Shown here piece after piece: positions 1 through 10,561 of a DNA stretch of 20,000 bases. This DNA is from Proteromonas lacertae. Taxonomy: Eukaryota. How positions within the stretch are numbered: position 1 is the stretch's first letter; the number at the start of each line of letters is the position of its first letter. The notes beneath the pieces are model-generated. The model was not told the DNA's origin. It was given only the letters and a program-made list of their open reading frames with translations, and made no database searches. The translations under genes and the position numbers were made by a program. The stretch spans positions 110,100 to 130,099 of the forward strand of contig NGBS01000888.1 of assembly GCA_002245135.1 (NCBI GenBank), given 5' to 3'.

Positions 1-3
1 ATC

Positions 4-1537
4 ATGAGCTCAATTTTGTTGAATGTAAATATTGGTCAAACAGTAGATTATCAAATTATGTACTCAGATTCAAATAGAAATCATACTATTGACAATGATT
101 TTTACATTGATCCTAAAGAACGAGTATATAGAAGACATTATTATTGCATTATTGTTTAGGTTATTGTAAATGAATTTAAAACGATAGGAATAGGTGAAAA
201 TGGGATGTTTATTGCAATTGTTAAAGATTCTAATGAGAATACGTTGTTAATATCAAATGAATCTATTCATTTCGAGTATCTTAGCAAGAATATCAATTAT
301 GAAAGCTATGTTCAGAAATGTATAACTTAATTTCTACATTGACTCAGTAAAATCTCTACATTATATGTTTAGTTTTACAATAATAATATCTAATGGATAC
401 AATGTTTATAAGGTTAAATATGATTCATCAAAAGGATATAAGATTAAAGATTTATCATCAAATTTATATTACTTTTCATACAAAAAGATTAATAAGAGTA
501 AAAGTAATATATGGTCATTAAGGAAAGTATGGTCAGCAATGATAAACAAGATTGAAGGAAGTAGTAACAAATCGAAAAAGATAATAGAAATAATAAACAA
601 TAAGATATTTGATGAGAAAAATAACAGTTATAATGTGATTGTCAAGAATAATTCAAACAATATAGAAAGCTGTTTTTATTCCTTATATAAAATGGAAAAA
701 AAAATTATAAAAGAATTTATCATAACAAATGTGATTCGAGAATATTCTAATTATTTAATGAATAAATCAAAGCCAATGACTAAGGGATTAGTATCTCCAC
801 CAATATGTGCATTTAATGTATATGCAAAATACTCAAGAGAAGAAATAATAAAAAAGTATTATACAGGCGATTTAAAAGATAAGAGTAGTATAAATAAGAC
901 TATTGGTAAATTATGGAATAATATGTCAGCTTGTAAGAAACAAAAGTATATAATAACATTATTCATTCTTCTTTATAGATATGAAGAATTTTCCTACTTA
1001 GATAAGATTAGATATTACTTTGAGAATCAGTTATACATAGATGAATATCCAGATTTAAGTGAAATGCAACTTCCACTCGGATATAAAGAATTTTTAAAAA
1101 AGAAAAACAATGAAAGTTTAAATGAAAATAGAAATAGTAATAAAAGAAAAATAGATAATGACATTTGTCAAAACAATCCAGCAAAGAAAGCGAAAGTAAA
1201 TGAGTTTAAATCACAAACAGAAATAACAGAATTATCTTCAAGTAATGTAATATCAAAAGAATTTAAAGTAAAATCTGAATATATATGTTACAATTGTGTA
1301 AAATCAATAGCAGAGGAAAACACAATAAAGCTTAGTTCAAAAACAGAAGATGATTTTCCTTATTTTGAATTCATAATTGATGATAATGATTCATTCGCAA
1401 GACAAGTTACTTTATTATCCGATGAAGAAGATGAAATTTTTTCAGATTTATTACCAATTCCAGATAATAGCAATAATAAGTCCCTATTCTATTCGTATTT
1501 ATATTCATGTGAACATTTTAATTATTTTAATTATTAA
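4..1537 (+). CDS. HMG-box DNA-binding protein (exons ~4-123, 160-319, 348-945, 979-1537; may start upstream of the window)
   Basis: Removing GT-AG introns 124-159 and 320-347 joins the upstream frame to ORF 365..1537. Removing in-frame intron 946-978 restores an HMG-box: PPICAFNVYAKYSREEI...INKTIGKLWNNMSACKKQKYEEFSYLDKIRY. Basic NLS-like stretch KRKID...PAKKAK and an acidic C-terminus. Confidence 0.8.
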
Positions 1538-1550
1538 TGTATGTATGTTA

Positions 1551-1667
1551 ATATCTTCCATTAGTCTATTATTTTCACTATACATTACATAATTACATAA
1601 TGCATCTATTCATACTATGTTCTTATTATTGACAGCAAATAATTAACTCTAATAAAAACTTCAGAGT
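1551..1667 (-). repeat. Diverged copy of an exon-intron-exon segment of the USP gene (~14881-14998)
   Basis: Same-orientation similarity with shared blocks CACTATACATTACATAAT, ATACTATGTTCTTATTATTGA and AAAACTTC-GAGT. GT..AG intron ends are retained. Confidence 0.8.
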
Positions 1668-1716
1668 ACAGCTTTGATGTTTTTATTATTTTTTTCAAAA
1701 AACAATATCAATAAAT

Positions 1717-3615
1717 TTAGATTATTATATTCCTGGTTACAGAAAAGACTCCTTCTGGAACTATATCCTCCTTTTGTCCTATCCCCTTCTCTACCTCATA
1801 TATGATTATCACTTAAATTGAGTTTTACCTTTTCCTTAATATTTTTTAAACCATCCACAAAACATTTTAATCCAATTATAGATAACCCCATTTCTATTAT
1901 AATTAAATATAATTAATATACTAGAACAATCTATTCTATTTTTATCATCTTTTAATAAATACAAATATGGAGATAATATTTTCATTCCATCATCTCCTAT
2001 CTCATTTCCACTTAAAAGAACCTCTTCAAGATATGTTAATGATAATAAATTATTAATCAATATTTCTATACTTTCATATGTAAGTTTATTATCTAACAAT
2101 ATATAACATATTATGTTATACTGCTCAAATCAATCTTCCATATTTCTCTAAATTCATTAAACCTAATAGAAATGAAGGATTTAAAAAAATCATCATCCAT
2201 TTCTAAACTATTCAGATTCAATTGACCATAATTGATATATTTGAGTAATTCTGGAATTTCTTTATCAATCAGTAATTCTTTATTATTTCCATTTAATTCA
2301 AATACTATTTTAGATATAGGAAATTTGGAAAATAAGGTTTTTAATCCATTGGAATGAATACTATGGTTATATCTAATATCTATTCTTCTAAGTTTTGGAT
2401 ATTTTAATAATTCTTGTGATAATAATATCATCGATTCATCATTTAAATTCATTTGACAAAGGTTTAGTTTATTTTCTTTGTTGATCAATAAATGTAGATA
2501 TGGTAATATTAATTTAAACCCTTTTGAACTAATTGGATTATCTATTTCATAATAGCATAAGCAATATATACTTTCAAGGTTAATATATTCCAATTTCATT
2601 AATGGAATTGATTTTGTAAAGGATTCAACAAAACGATAAGTAAGATTACAATGCGATAAATCTAATTCTCGAAGATTTAATAATTGAGTAAAATATGAGA
2701 AAAATAATTTTTCATACTTGAGTGGAATATTTATACCAAATTTGAGTTTTGTTGGATTTATTAGTTTTAGCATTCTTAAACAGAAATTAATTCCTTCTTC
2801 GCATAAACATACACATTTTGAATCTATTTTTACTCTTTCCTTATCTCTTCTATATACATTAACATTGAATATCATTTCATCCAAATAACATTCTCCATAT
2901 CTGCATTTATGATATTTTTGAAACTTTAGTTTGTCTTTTATAGATTCATCTTCTTTATACAATTTCATCATCAATAATATTGATAATATTCTTTCGTTTG
3001 GTTCATTGTTGTATGATTCAACTAAAGCATCTCGATTTTCATCATATTTATAACTTTGGAGATAATATTGGGATGGATAAACTATTGGAAATCTAACAAT
3101 ACTATAATCAATATTATGCAATGTTTCTTTTCTTTCATTATATTTCATTAGATTATGATCTGAACCTTTTGCTATTTTACTCATTTTTATCATTTTTTTC
3201 TTCAATACATTTAAGTAGAAACTATATATTTTCGATTTATTATAGATGTTGTCATCTCTTTCACGCATTATATTATAAAGCTTCAAATTACTATTTGATG
3301 AGCCATATTCACTTAATATTATGATATTTGCTATAATTTGTGTTTGAAACGGATAAATAGAAGATGAACAATAATCCATCATATTATTGTTGTTTTCACA
3401 GTATTTTAACATCTTCTTCTCTAGTATCTCATTAATAGTAAGTAGTTTCATCTTCTTCATATCTTTTATATATTTTGCTTCAAAATCTACTTCAGTATCA
3501 CTCTTTACTACCCGCTCTTTTATCTATCCGATATATTAAATAATAATACTTCCAATTTCAGTATGTGATATTTCAATAACTCTTCCATACAATGAAATTT
3601 GGGTGAAATTAACAT
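1717..3615 (-). CDS. RNI-like leucine-rich repeat protein
   Basis: ATG 3615; introns 3549-3524, 2571-2542 (in frame), 2121-2093 and 1921-1894. LRR motifs LRELDLSHCNL, LRRIDIRYNHSI, LEEVLLSGNEIGDDG. The frame stops at TGA ~1796-1798; an apparent frameshift there would extend it to TAA 1717. Confidence 0.75.
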
Positions 3616-3994
3616 TTTTGAAAATTGAGTCGTTTCAGTTATTGAATATTCTTTTTCTTCTTTTCTTGTTTAATTACCCATATTTTAAATTTTTCCAACA
3701 TCCATGATATACTTCCGCATATTGTTGATGCAATTATAAACCTACTTCATTTCTACTCATTTCTTCTGTTTATTTCGTCTATTCCAATAAATTATTTCAT
3801 ATCTTTGAGTAATCATGGTAAGATTAATTATATCATTTTATTTGCTTAGAAATCAAGAAAAACAATTTTGTTTCAAAATATTTAGTCGTTTCATTTTTGA
3901 CTTTTCAAAAGAACATGATTATATATAGAATTACATAAATTACACATTTGTAATTGTTTGAATATTGTTTCATTACAAAAATATTAATAAATAA

Positions 3995-5155
3995 TCATAT
4001 AACTAAATATGCTTCATTCATACTTCGACAAACTGGACATTTATCTACTTCTTTTATACATTCATCACAGATGATTTTATGTCTACAACCTACAAATATT
4101 GTATTTACTTTATTTGTCAAACAAATTATACAATCATCATCTTTCTCTGTTTTACTACTTCTCTTTTCTTCACTCTTTGTTACTATTGGTTCAACTATTG
4201 TTCTAGTTTCAGTTTTACTTTCAGTAGTTGTCATTATTATTGGAGGTGTTATTTCAGTTGTATTTATATTTCCTACTGTTGTTCTTGATGTAACATTATT
4301 ATTTTCAGATGATTGGACTTTATCATTATTACTATCAATTACACTCAGTGAATTAGTCAATAATGGAGAAGTAGAATGACTATTACACAATGGATCAGTT
4401 ACATTTATATTAAATACATCTCTTGTATTAATCAACATCCTACTATTACTATGATTATTATTATTATTATTAGATTGAGAATTTTCTTCATTTACTACAC
4501 CCAATGGTATTACTTCCATTCCACCTATTTCTCTTTGAGATATTCGGATTGTCTTTATAATTATCTTCTTCATATTAATGGTAATAATATTTCTTCATCA
4601 GTATATCCATTCAATGGTTTCAATACTGATTTTATTACATTTACTCTTTCATTTCTATCAATATAATGAGTAACATTCTTAAATTCAACTCCATAAAAGA
4701 ATTGTATTGATATTTCTTTATTTACATACATTTCCATTCTATGCATATCATTTTCGGTTTTGATTTCGGATATATACGTAAAAGGAATAGATATTGAAGG
4801 TATCACTACTATTGAACGAGATTTACAACTTATCAAATCCATTAAATGAGTTTCTGCTATTGACTCCAGAGTAGATCTATCACAATACAAATCACTACTA
4901 TCTAGAATCTATTCAAATGTTATATATTTTATTATACGATTGGATTTCGAAGTGATCGACTTTAATAATATGTATATCTGATTTTGAATAAGATTTTAAA
5001 TAACACTATTAAATCATAATATTCATTATACAGTATAAGAAAGACAATATAAACAACACAAAAAAGACGTACAATTCTTCAGGTGTAATATATTTGGGTA
5101 AAACATCTATACTTATTAAGTTTTTATGACTTGAAACTCCGAAATCAAAGTTCAT
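3995..5155 (-). CDS. RING-finger (C3HC4) protein with N-terminal TM helix, probable E3 ligase; disrupted as sequenced
   Basis: ATG 5155; introns 5031-5006 and 4937-4909. Hydrophobic segment LYVFFVLFILSFLYLLF. C-terminal CIICLTNKVNTIFVGCRHKIICDECIKEVDKCPVCR. In-frame TAA at 4964-4962 and a frame change near 4570-4573. Confidence 0.7.
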
Positions 5156-5312
5156 TCGTTATAAAAATCAAAATTTAATATCAAACTATGTTTGAACTTT
5201 CTGAAACGATATAATTTGTTTTATTCTTATAACTCAGCCATTCTTTATCAAACACATTATATTATCATCATTAACAAATACACAAACATTAACATCAACA
5301 AAACTTAATATT

Positions 5313-5519
5313 TTATTTACTTTTATAATAATTACCCCATTTACCACTGTTTTTACTATACCAATCCATTGGATAAATTGCTTTATATTCACATTCACCA
5401 ATACAACAATAAAACTCATAGGGAGTTAAAACTGGTTTGGAAAAGCCAATTCCCCAATCTATACACAACCTTGGACAAGCTATTTCTATCCAATAATCAA
5501 CATCATCAAATAATGTCAA
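5313..5519 (-). other. DPH1: Isolated C-terminal coding exon of DPH1 (diphthamide synthesis)
   Basis: Translation LTLFDDVDYWIEIACPRLCIDWGIGFSKPVLTPYE...YPMDWYSKNSGKWGNY* matches the conserved DPH1 motifs ACPRLSIDWG, KPLLTPYE and YPMD(Y/F)Y. It is preceded by a TAG acceptor, with no upstream DPH1 exon nearby. Confidence 0.85.
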
Positions 5520-5769
5520 CTAGATATTATACACATAATAGAATATATATATATTAAGTAAAATATTGATAGACATTGATTTTCACAAAACCTTATTGGA
5601 TTTTTAATTATTGTGTCATTATATAGGTTTATGAATGTGTGAAAACTACAAATAAAATGACAAAAGTCGAAAAGTATGTCATTTGCCTAACTAAGGTTTT
5701 AACAAAACACAAATATAAACCACAAACCTTTTTATATAAAATAAATTCTAAATTCATAATACTTTTTCT

Positions 5770-5811
5770 TTATTGTTGTTGTGGTTGAAAAAATGGAGGT
5801 TGTTGTAATGG

Positions 5812-5843
<32 letters not shown>

Positions 5844-7601
5844 GATCAATTACAGGAATAGGTAAGTTATTATCTGGTTGTACTGGTGTAAATGGTGGTG
5901 GTATAAATCCTGGCTGTGATTGTTGTGGTGGTATAAATCCTGGTTGTTGAGGTGGTTGTGCATCTCCTGATTGTGGTATAAATGGTGGTGGTTGGTTATT
6001 TGGTGGTGATTGTGGTGGAATATATCCCATTGGTTGATTTGGTACATATACACTTCCACCAGGATAGATATATCCAGAAGGCATACCAGGAACTGCACCA
6101 GGCATTGCACCAGATACTGGATTAAATGGCATGTTTTGAGCTGTCATTGGAACACATTGACATATATATTCCCAAAATTGTTGATCTTCAACTATATTCA
6201 AATTTAACAATCCTTCTAAACATTGAAAATCATTTGCATAACATACCTGCTTTAATCTTTCACACATTGTAACAGCATCTTGTTCTTTTAATACACCATA
6301 ATATTGCAATATTGTTACTAATTTTGCACTTCCTAACTTATCTCTTAATGCTTCTGCATCTACACAAATATAAAAATAATTGATTAAATACATTTCATTG
6401 CAAACAGTAAAAAACATTCTAATACATTGTTTTCTGTATAATTCAATTGATGATCTTTAGTTACTTTATCATATAAAATTATAAGTCTAGTAAAACTGTC
6501 AATAAAATCTTGTGGTTCTTTGAATGGTTCTTCAATTTGACATTCTAATAAAATAGTCAAACAATTAATAAATGTTTTATCATTTGTTTCTTTATCTGTT
6601 ACAATTGGTAATATAAGATCAACTAGATTTCCTATTTTCTGTAATGTCTCTTTCATATTCTCAGGTAAATGAAAAGCATTTTTATCACTGTTATATAATT
6701 CAATCAAACAATTATTAATACTATCAGTAGAACTTGGTTCTATTCAAATTACATTATATATATAATATACTAAAATAAACTCTATTTACTCTTGTAGATT
6801 CATCAGTATCTTCATACAATCTTAAACGATATAATTCACGAATACAATCATCTCCATAATGTATATATTTTATTATATTCTTTATATTCTCTGTAAATTC
6901 TTCAGCTTCATCACCTGAATATCTTTTTCTCATTTCATTATAATATTGTAGAATTCTGTCCAACAAATACTTTTCTGATGGAATGATCATATTTTCGATT
7001 TGACAGATATAATACAATTCTTGAACAGATAATAGATAAATATGATCTAAAACAATAAAACAAATGATTATACTGTTGTCAAAATATATATGACCATGTT
7101 GTACTAAATATTCTACCATTTTTTCTTCTACTCTATCAACGTTTGTTAATATCTCAAGATTCTTCAGGAATTGAGTAACAATTTGTTCATTGATATTAGC
7201 AATAATAAATCTACAATTAAAAATCATGATTATACTCTGAGGTTTTACTACTAAGTATATCTATTTGGAGTACAACTGCTGCAACTAGTAATTCTATACA
7301 ATTTGCTACAGAAATATCAACTTTTGCTCCACCTAATAATCTCATACATTGTTCAAATGCAGCAGGTGATACTCTTTCAATCATAATTTGATTACTACCA
7401 TTAGATGAGTCAATCATGGCTTTTAAATATGAGTTAGTGATGGATATAAATTCTCTATTTCCTTTAAATATCTTCCCATTAACAATAAACTCGACATTAC
7501 CATAACCATTGTTTATTAACTCATATATATATCTAATACATTAGCAGTAAGTAATAATACCCATTTATAGGTCTATCAATTACAACATAACTATCAGACA
7601 T
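5770..7601 (-). CDS. BTB/POZ-domain protein with Pro/Gln-rich C-terminal tail
   Basis: ATG 7601; introns 7560-7533, 7235-7211, 7073-7047, 6770-6740 and 6391-6360 join four track ORFs into one frame. BTB-like NVEFIVNGKIFKGNREFISITNSYLKAMI...VSPAAFEQCMRLL...NCIELLVAAVVLQI. PolyQ and QPGFIPP repeats at the C-terminus. Confidence 0.85.
5812..5844 (-). repeat. (CAA)n repeat encoding polyglutamine
   Basis: (TTG)n run on the + strand inside the last BTB exon. Confidence 0.9.
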
Positions 7602-7840
7602 CTATAAAAGAAGAAATTTTAAAAAATGTGAAAAAATCTTCAATTCTATTTTGACAATATTACTTATTTACATATCACTTTTTACACCACTGCTACATTG
7701 ATTAACTCAAGACAAATACACTATTTATGCTTAGAATATGCTAATTCATATTTCATTTATCAATAACAACATATTCAATAAATTAAAAACGAAATTTACA
7801 TTAACTATCAACTAATTTCTTTATCCATATTCATTACATA

Positions 7841-9159
7841 TCATTCATTAAGATCTAATTTATTCATACAAGCGATATTATCATTTTTGTTACTTAAAAG
7901 TGTTGGAGTAGCAGCAATTCTAGAAGTGAAACCAGCTATATTATCTGAGTTAGATCTTTTGGGTGGATTAAAGCGTATAGGAGAAGAATATTTTCTCATA
8001 TCACTAGAATTCGACATTTGATTAACTGATTGAGTAGATATTGGACTGACATTCTTTTCTAATGATTCTTTCTTTCTGTGAAGTTTGCATGAGTTTAATA
8101 TATGTCTAAACAAATAAAATTGATAAAAATACCCTTCTGGAGTAAGTTCTGAATCTTCAATCTTATAGTGATGATTTCCTAATGCACATAAAACATAGAT
8201 TCCCTTTTCATTGACTTTCCAATCAATACCAGAGGAAAGTAATTCTTGTGCAGTTAGTTGAGTGTGTTGAAGCAACTTATCTAGCAGTTTCACAACTTTT
8301 AATGACATATTGAAGCTTTATAAATGAGATATGATAAAAAGAAAAAAACAAACGATTATGACACACTAATGTAAATTACATGTCAGATATTTAAAAACCT
8401 TAAAAACACTCAAATCAAATTAATACATCTGTTTAGATAAATTAACCAACAGATTCACATAATTTGGATATAATTTAATAGTATTAAATGAAGTGATCAA
8501 TCCATTCAATAAATGAATATTTTTTGGTTTAATAATTCTTTGTAACATATTAATAGCATCACATTGAATAACTTCTGGATATTGAAATATCATTATGACA
8601 TTATCTCCTAATACATTTACCATTTCATCACAATAACTATTTTGTAAAAATAATGTAAAACAGAAGTAAAGGTGATTCATGCATATATTATTTGGTTTAT
8701 TATTATAAACATATTTCAATCTATCAAATACTACTCTTTCTATATTATTGATCACTTTTAGTTTTAATTCAATTGAAAAACTTAACGCTAATAAATATAT
8801 TTTATCATCTACATGTTCTTTATCCAATTTTAATAATGAAACTATATTGTTATGAGTAGAACTATCTTTTGATAAAATATTGAAGTCTTCTTCTATTCAT
8901 TATTACTTATACAATAATTATACTTGATAAATGATATTTATCTTTATTCTCAGTTCCACACATATTAATCAATATCTTGTCGATTGAATTGTAATATGGT
9001 TCTAAAATAAAAAGTGAATATATATATATATATATATTATACGATAAACTATTCTTGGAATTATTATATTCATATTTGAAGCATTATTATAAACTTCATT
9101 CCATATTCCTTAAACCCATAATTAAACACATCAGGATAGTGAATTAAATCTATTCCCAT
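7841..9159 (-). CDS. Hypothetical protein (multi-exon)
   Basis: ATG 9159; GT-AG introns 9042-9002 and 8923-8893 lead in frame into ORF 8827..8420. Joining ORF 8308..7841 needs intron 8426-8399 plus a non-canonical intron (8390-8317) or a sequence error. No domain recognised. Confidence 0.55.
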
Positions 9160-9183
9160 TGAAAATTTATAATAATTACTATA

Positions 9184-9682
9184 ATGATTATGTAGTATAC
9201 AATGGTTATGTACAGAAAGATTGTTATTCAGCCAATCCAAAACCAGAATTTATAAGATATATTTGTGATAAAAAACATATCATTTTGTTATATCTTTTTT
9301 TAAAATAGATTCGTATTAGCATTGTTTTAATTCATTTTAAGCAAATAAATCAGTAGAATATGAAGTGATCGATAAACCTTATGCAATATCAAACAATGAA
9401 AGTATTTGTGAAGTTAAAGTAAGTGGATCAATATTGCATGTTAAGAAATTGAGTGATAAAACATCAAAATTGACATTAAAATTTAAATGTAAACTAAATG
9501 GAACTGTGAGAATAGATGTGGTATATAAAATTGGTAGAAGAGATAGAATTAATAACTCAACTACATTTTCGATATTGAAAGATTGTTACATAAAAAAAAG
9601 AGAAGTGAATGAGATTCACTATTTTGCTATTCCTTCATTGGTTTTAGTTGTTGTTTTATATATTTTATTATTTATTATTTAA
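9184..9682 (+). CDS. Small protein with C-terminal transmembrane anchor; 5' end uncertain
   Basis: Open frame 9341-9682 ends in hydrophobic FAIPSLVLVVVLYILLFII*. Upstream coding-like sequence is separated by a U12-like intron starting ATATCTTT at 9290. Confidence 0.5.
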
Positions 9683-9750
9683 TAAAGTACTTTAAAATGT
9701 TTTTATACCTCTAATAACAATAAAAAAATATAAATATTACTTTATTACAA

Positions 9751-10134
9751 CTAAATCAATCACAATTATAGAATGAGTAATTGCAGAGTTTAAATATATG
9801 AAAAGTGGTAATGTATAGAATATAAACATATGTGATTTCAGTGTCTAAAAGAACAAAATAAGAATATACAACATAAACTCTTAAAAGTCCTGAAGAATTG
9901 TGTGAATTAGAATGTAATGACAAATGTGTAATAATATTACACTTCTCTCATTCAATTCTAATCCTTTATTCCCTCAAAACTGTTTAATAGTATATTATAT
10001 TCTCCTATCACAATCTTTTCTGTTTTCTGAAATCACATATCTTTAACTTATAATACACATTATCATTCTTTCAAATATTTAAGAACTCAATCTTCTCCAT
10101 TCTACATCCAATAAATGTGAATGATACAACTTAG
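9751..10134. repeat. Long imperfect inverted repeat (foldback) centred at 9934
   Basis: GTGTAATA-A-TATTACAC at the centre. ATATGTGATTTCAG (9828-9841) and CTGAAATCACATAT (10027-10040) are symmetric about the same point, with further imperfect paired blocks outward. Confidence 0.8.
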
Positions 10135-10257
10135 ATTCTACAAAAAATGCAAAAATACTTATGTATTTGTTTATTGTAAGTCCAACTTTCTATTTGTATT
10201 ACAATTATTAGCTTTATCAACCATTTACACAACCTCTACACTGAAATTCAAATGATT

Positions 10258-10288
10258 AAACTCAAGCTTTTGAATAAAGCTTGAGTTT
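10258..10288. repeat. Perfect 13-bp stem hairpin followed by a T run
   Basis: AAACTCAAGCTTT-TGAAT-AAAGCTTGAGTTT. Confidence 0.85.
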
Positions 10289-10561
10289 TTTTTTCGATTT
10301 TAGAGTGTTATGTATGGGAAATAAAGTAAATTGAATTATGTAGAAAAATATGGTTTTAATATAAATATTTAATTAAGTAACATCTTGATCTTCAATCTCT
10401 TAATTTTCTTCTGTCATCTGTAGTGACAAAACAATCTAAACAGATATATCTATTCTTTTAAATATATCTCACACCATTTTCGTCATATTCGAATCATTAA
10501 AATGTATTTTGAATAAAAACATTTCATAATAGATTTGAAAAAAGATATTTTATCAAAAATC

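Noticed and set aside
3628..3893. AGTCGTTTCA repeated at ~3628 and ~3884, with a possible small ORF between them
   Set aside because: Only two copies of a 10-mer and no consistent spliced frame; too weak to call a promoter motif or gene.
4570..4573. Prokaryote-style ATGA translational coupling
   Set aside because: A single missing A in a short run would fuse the ORFs into one ordinary TM-RING protein.
3954..4666. Plus-strand ORFs 3954..4379, 4079..4288 and 4376..4666
   Set aside because: Antisense shadows of the RING gene with no recognisable motifs.
5850..6207. His-rich ORF 5850..6110 and ORF 6010..6207
   Set aside because: Alternative-frame and antisense readings of the Pro/Gln-rich BTB exon.
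10258..10295. Bacterial Rho-independent terminator (hairpin plus T run)
   Set aside because: The context is eukaryotic with spliceosomal introns, and no gene ends directly upstream. Kept only as a hairpin.
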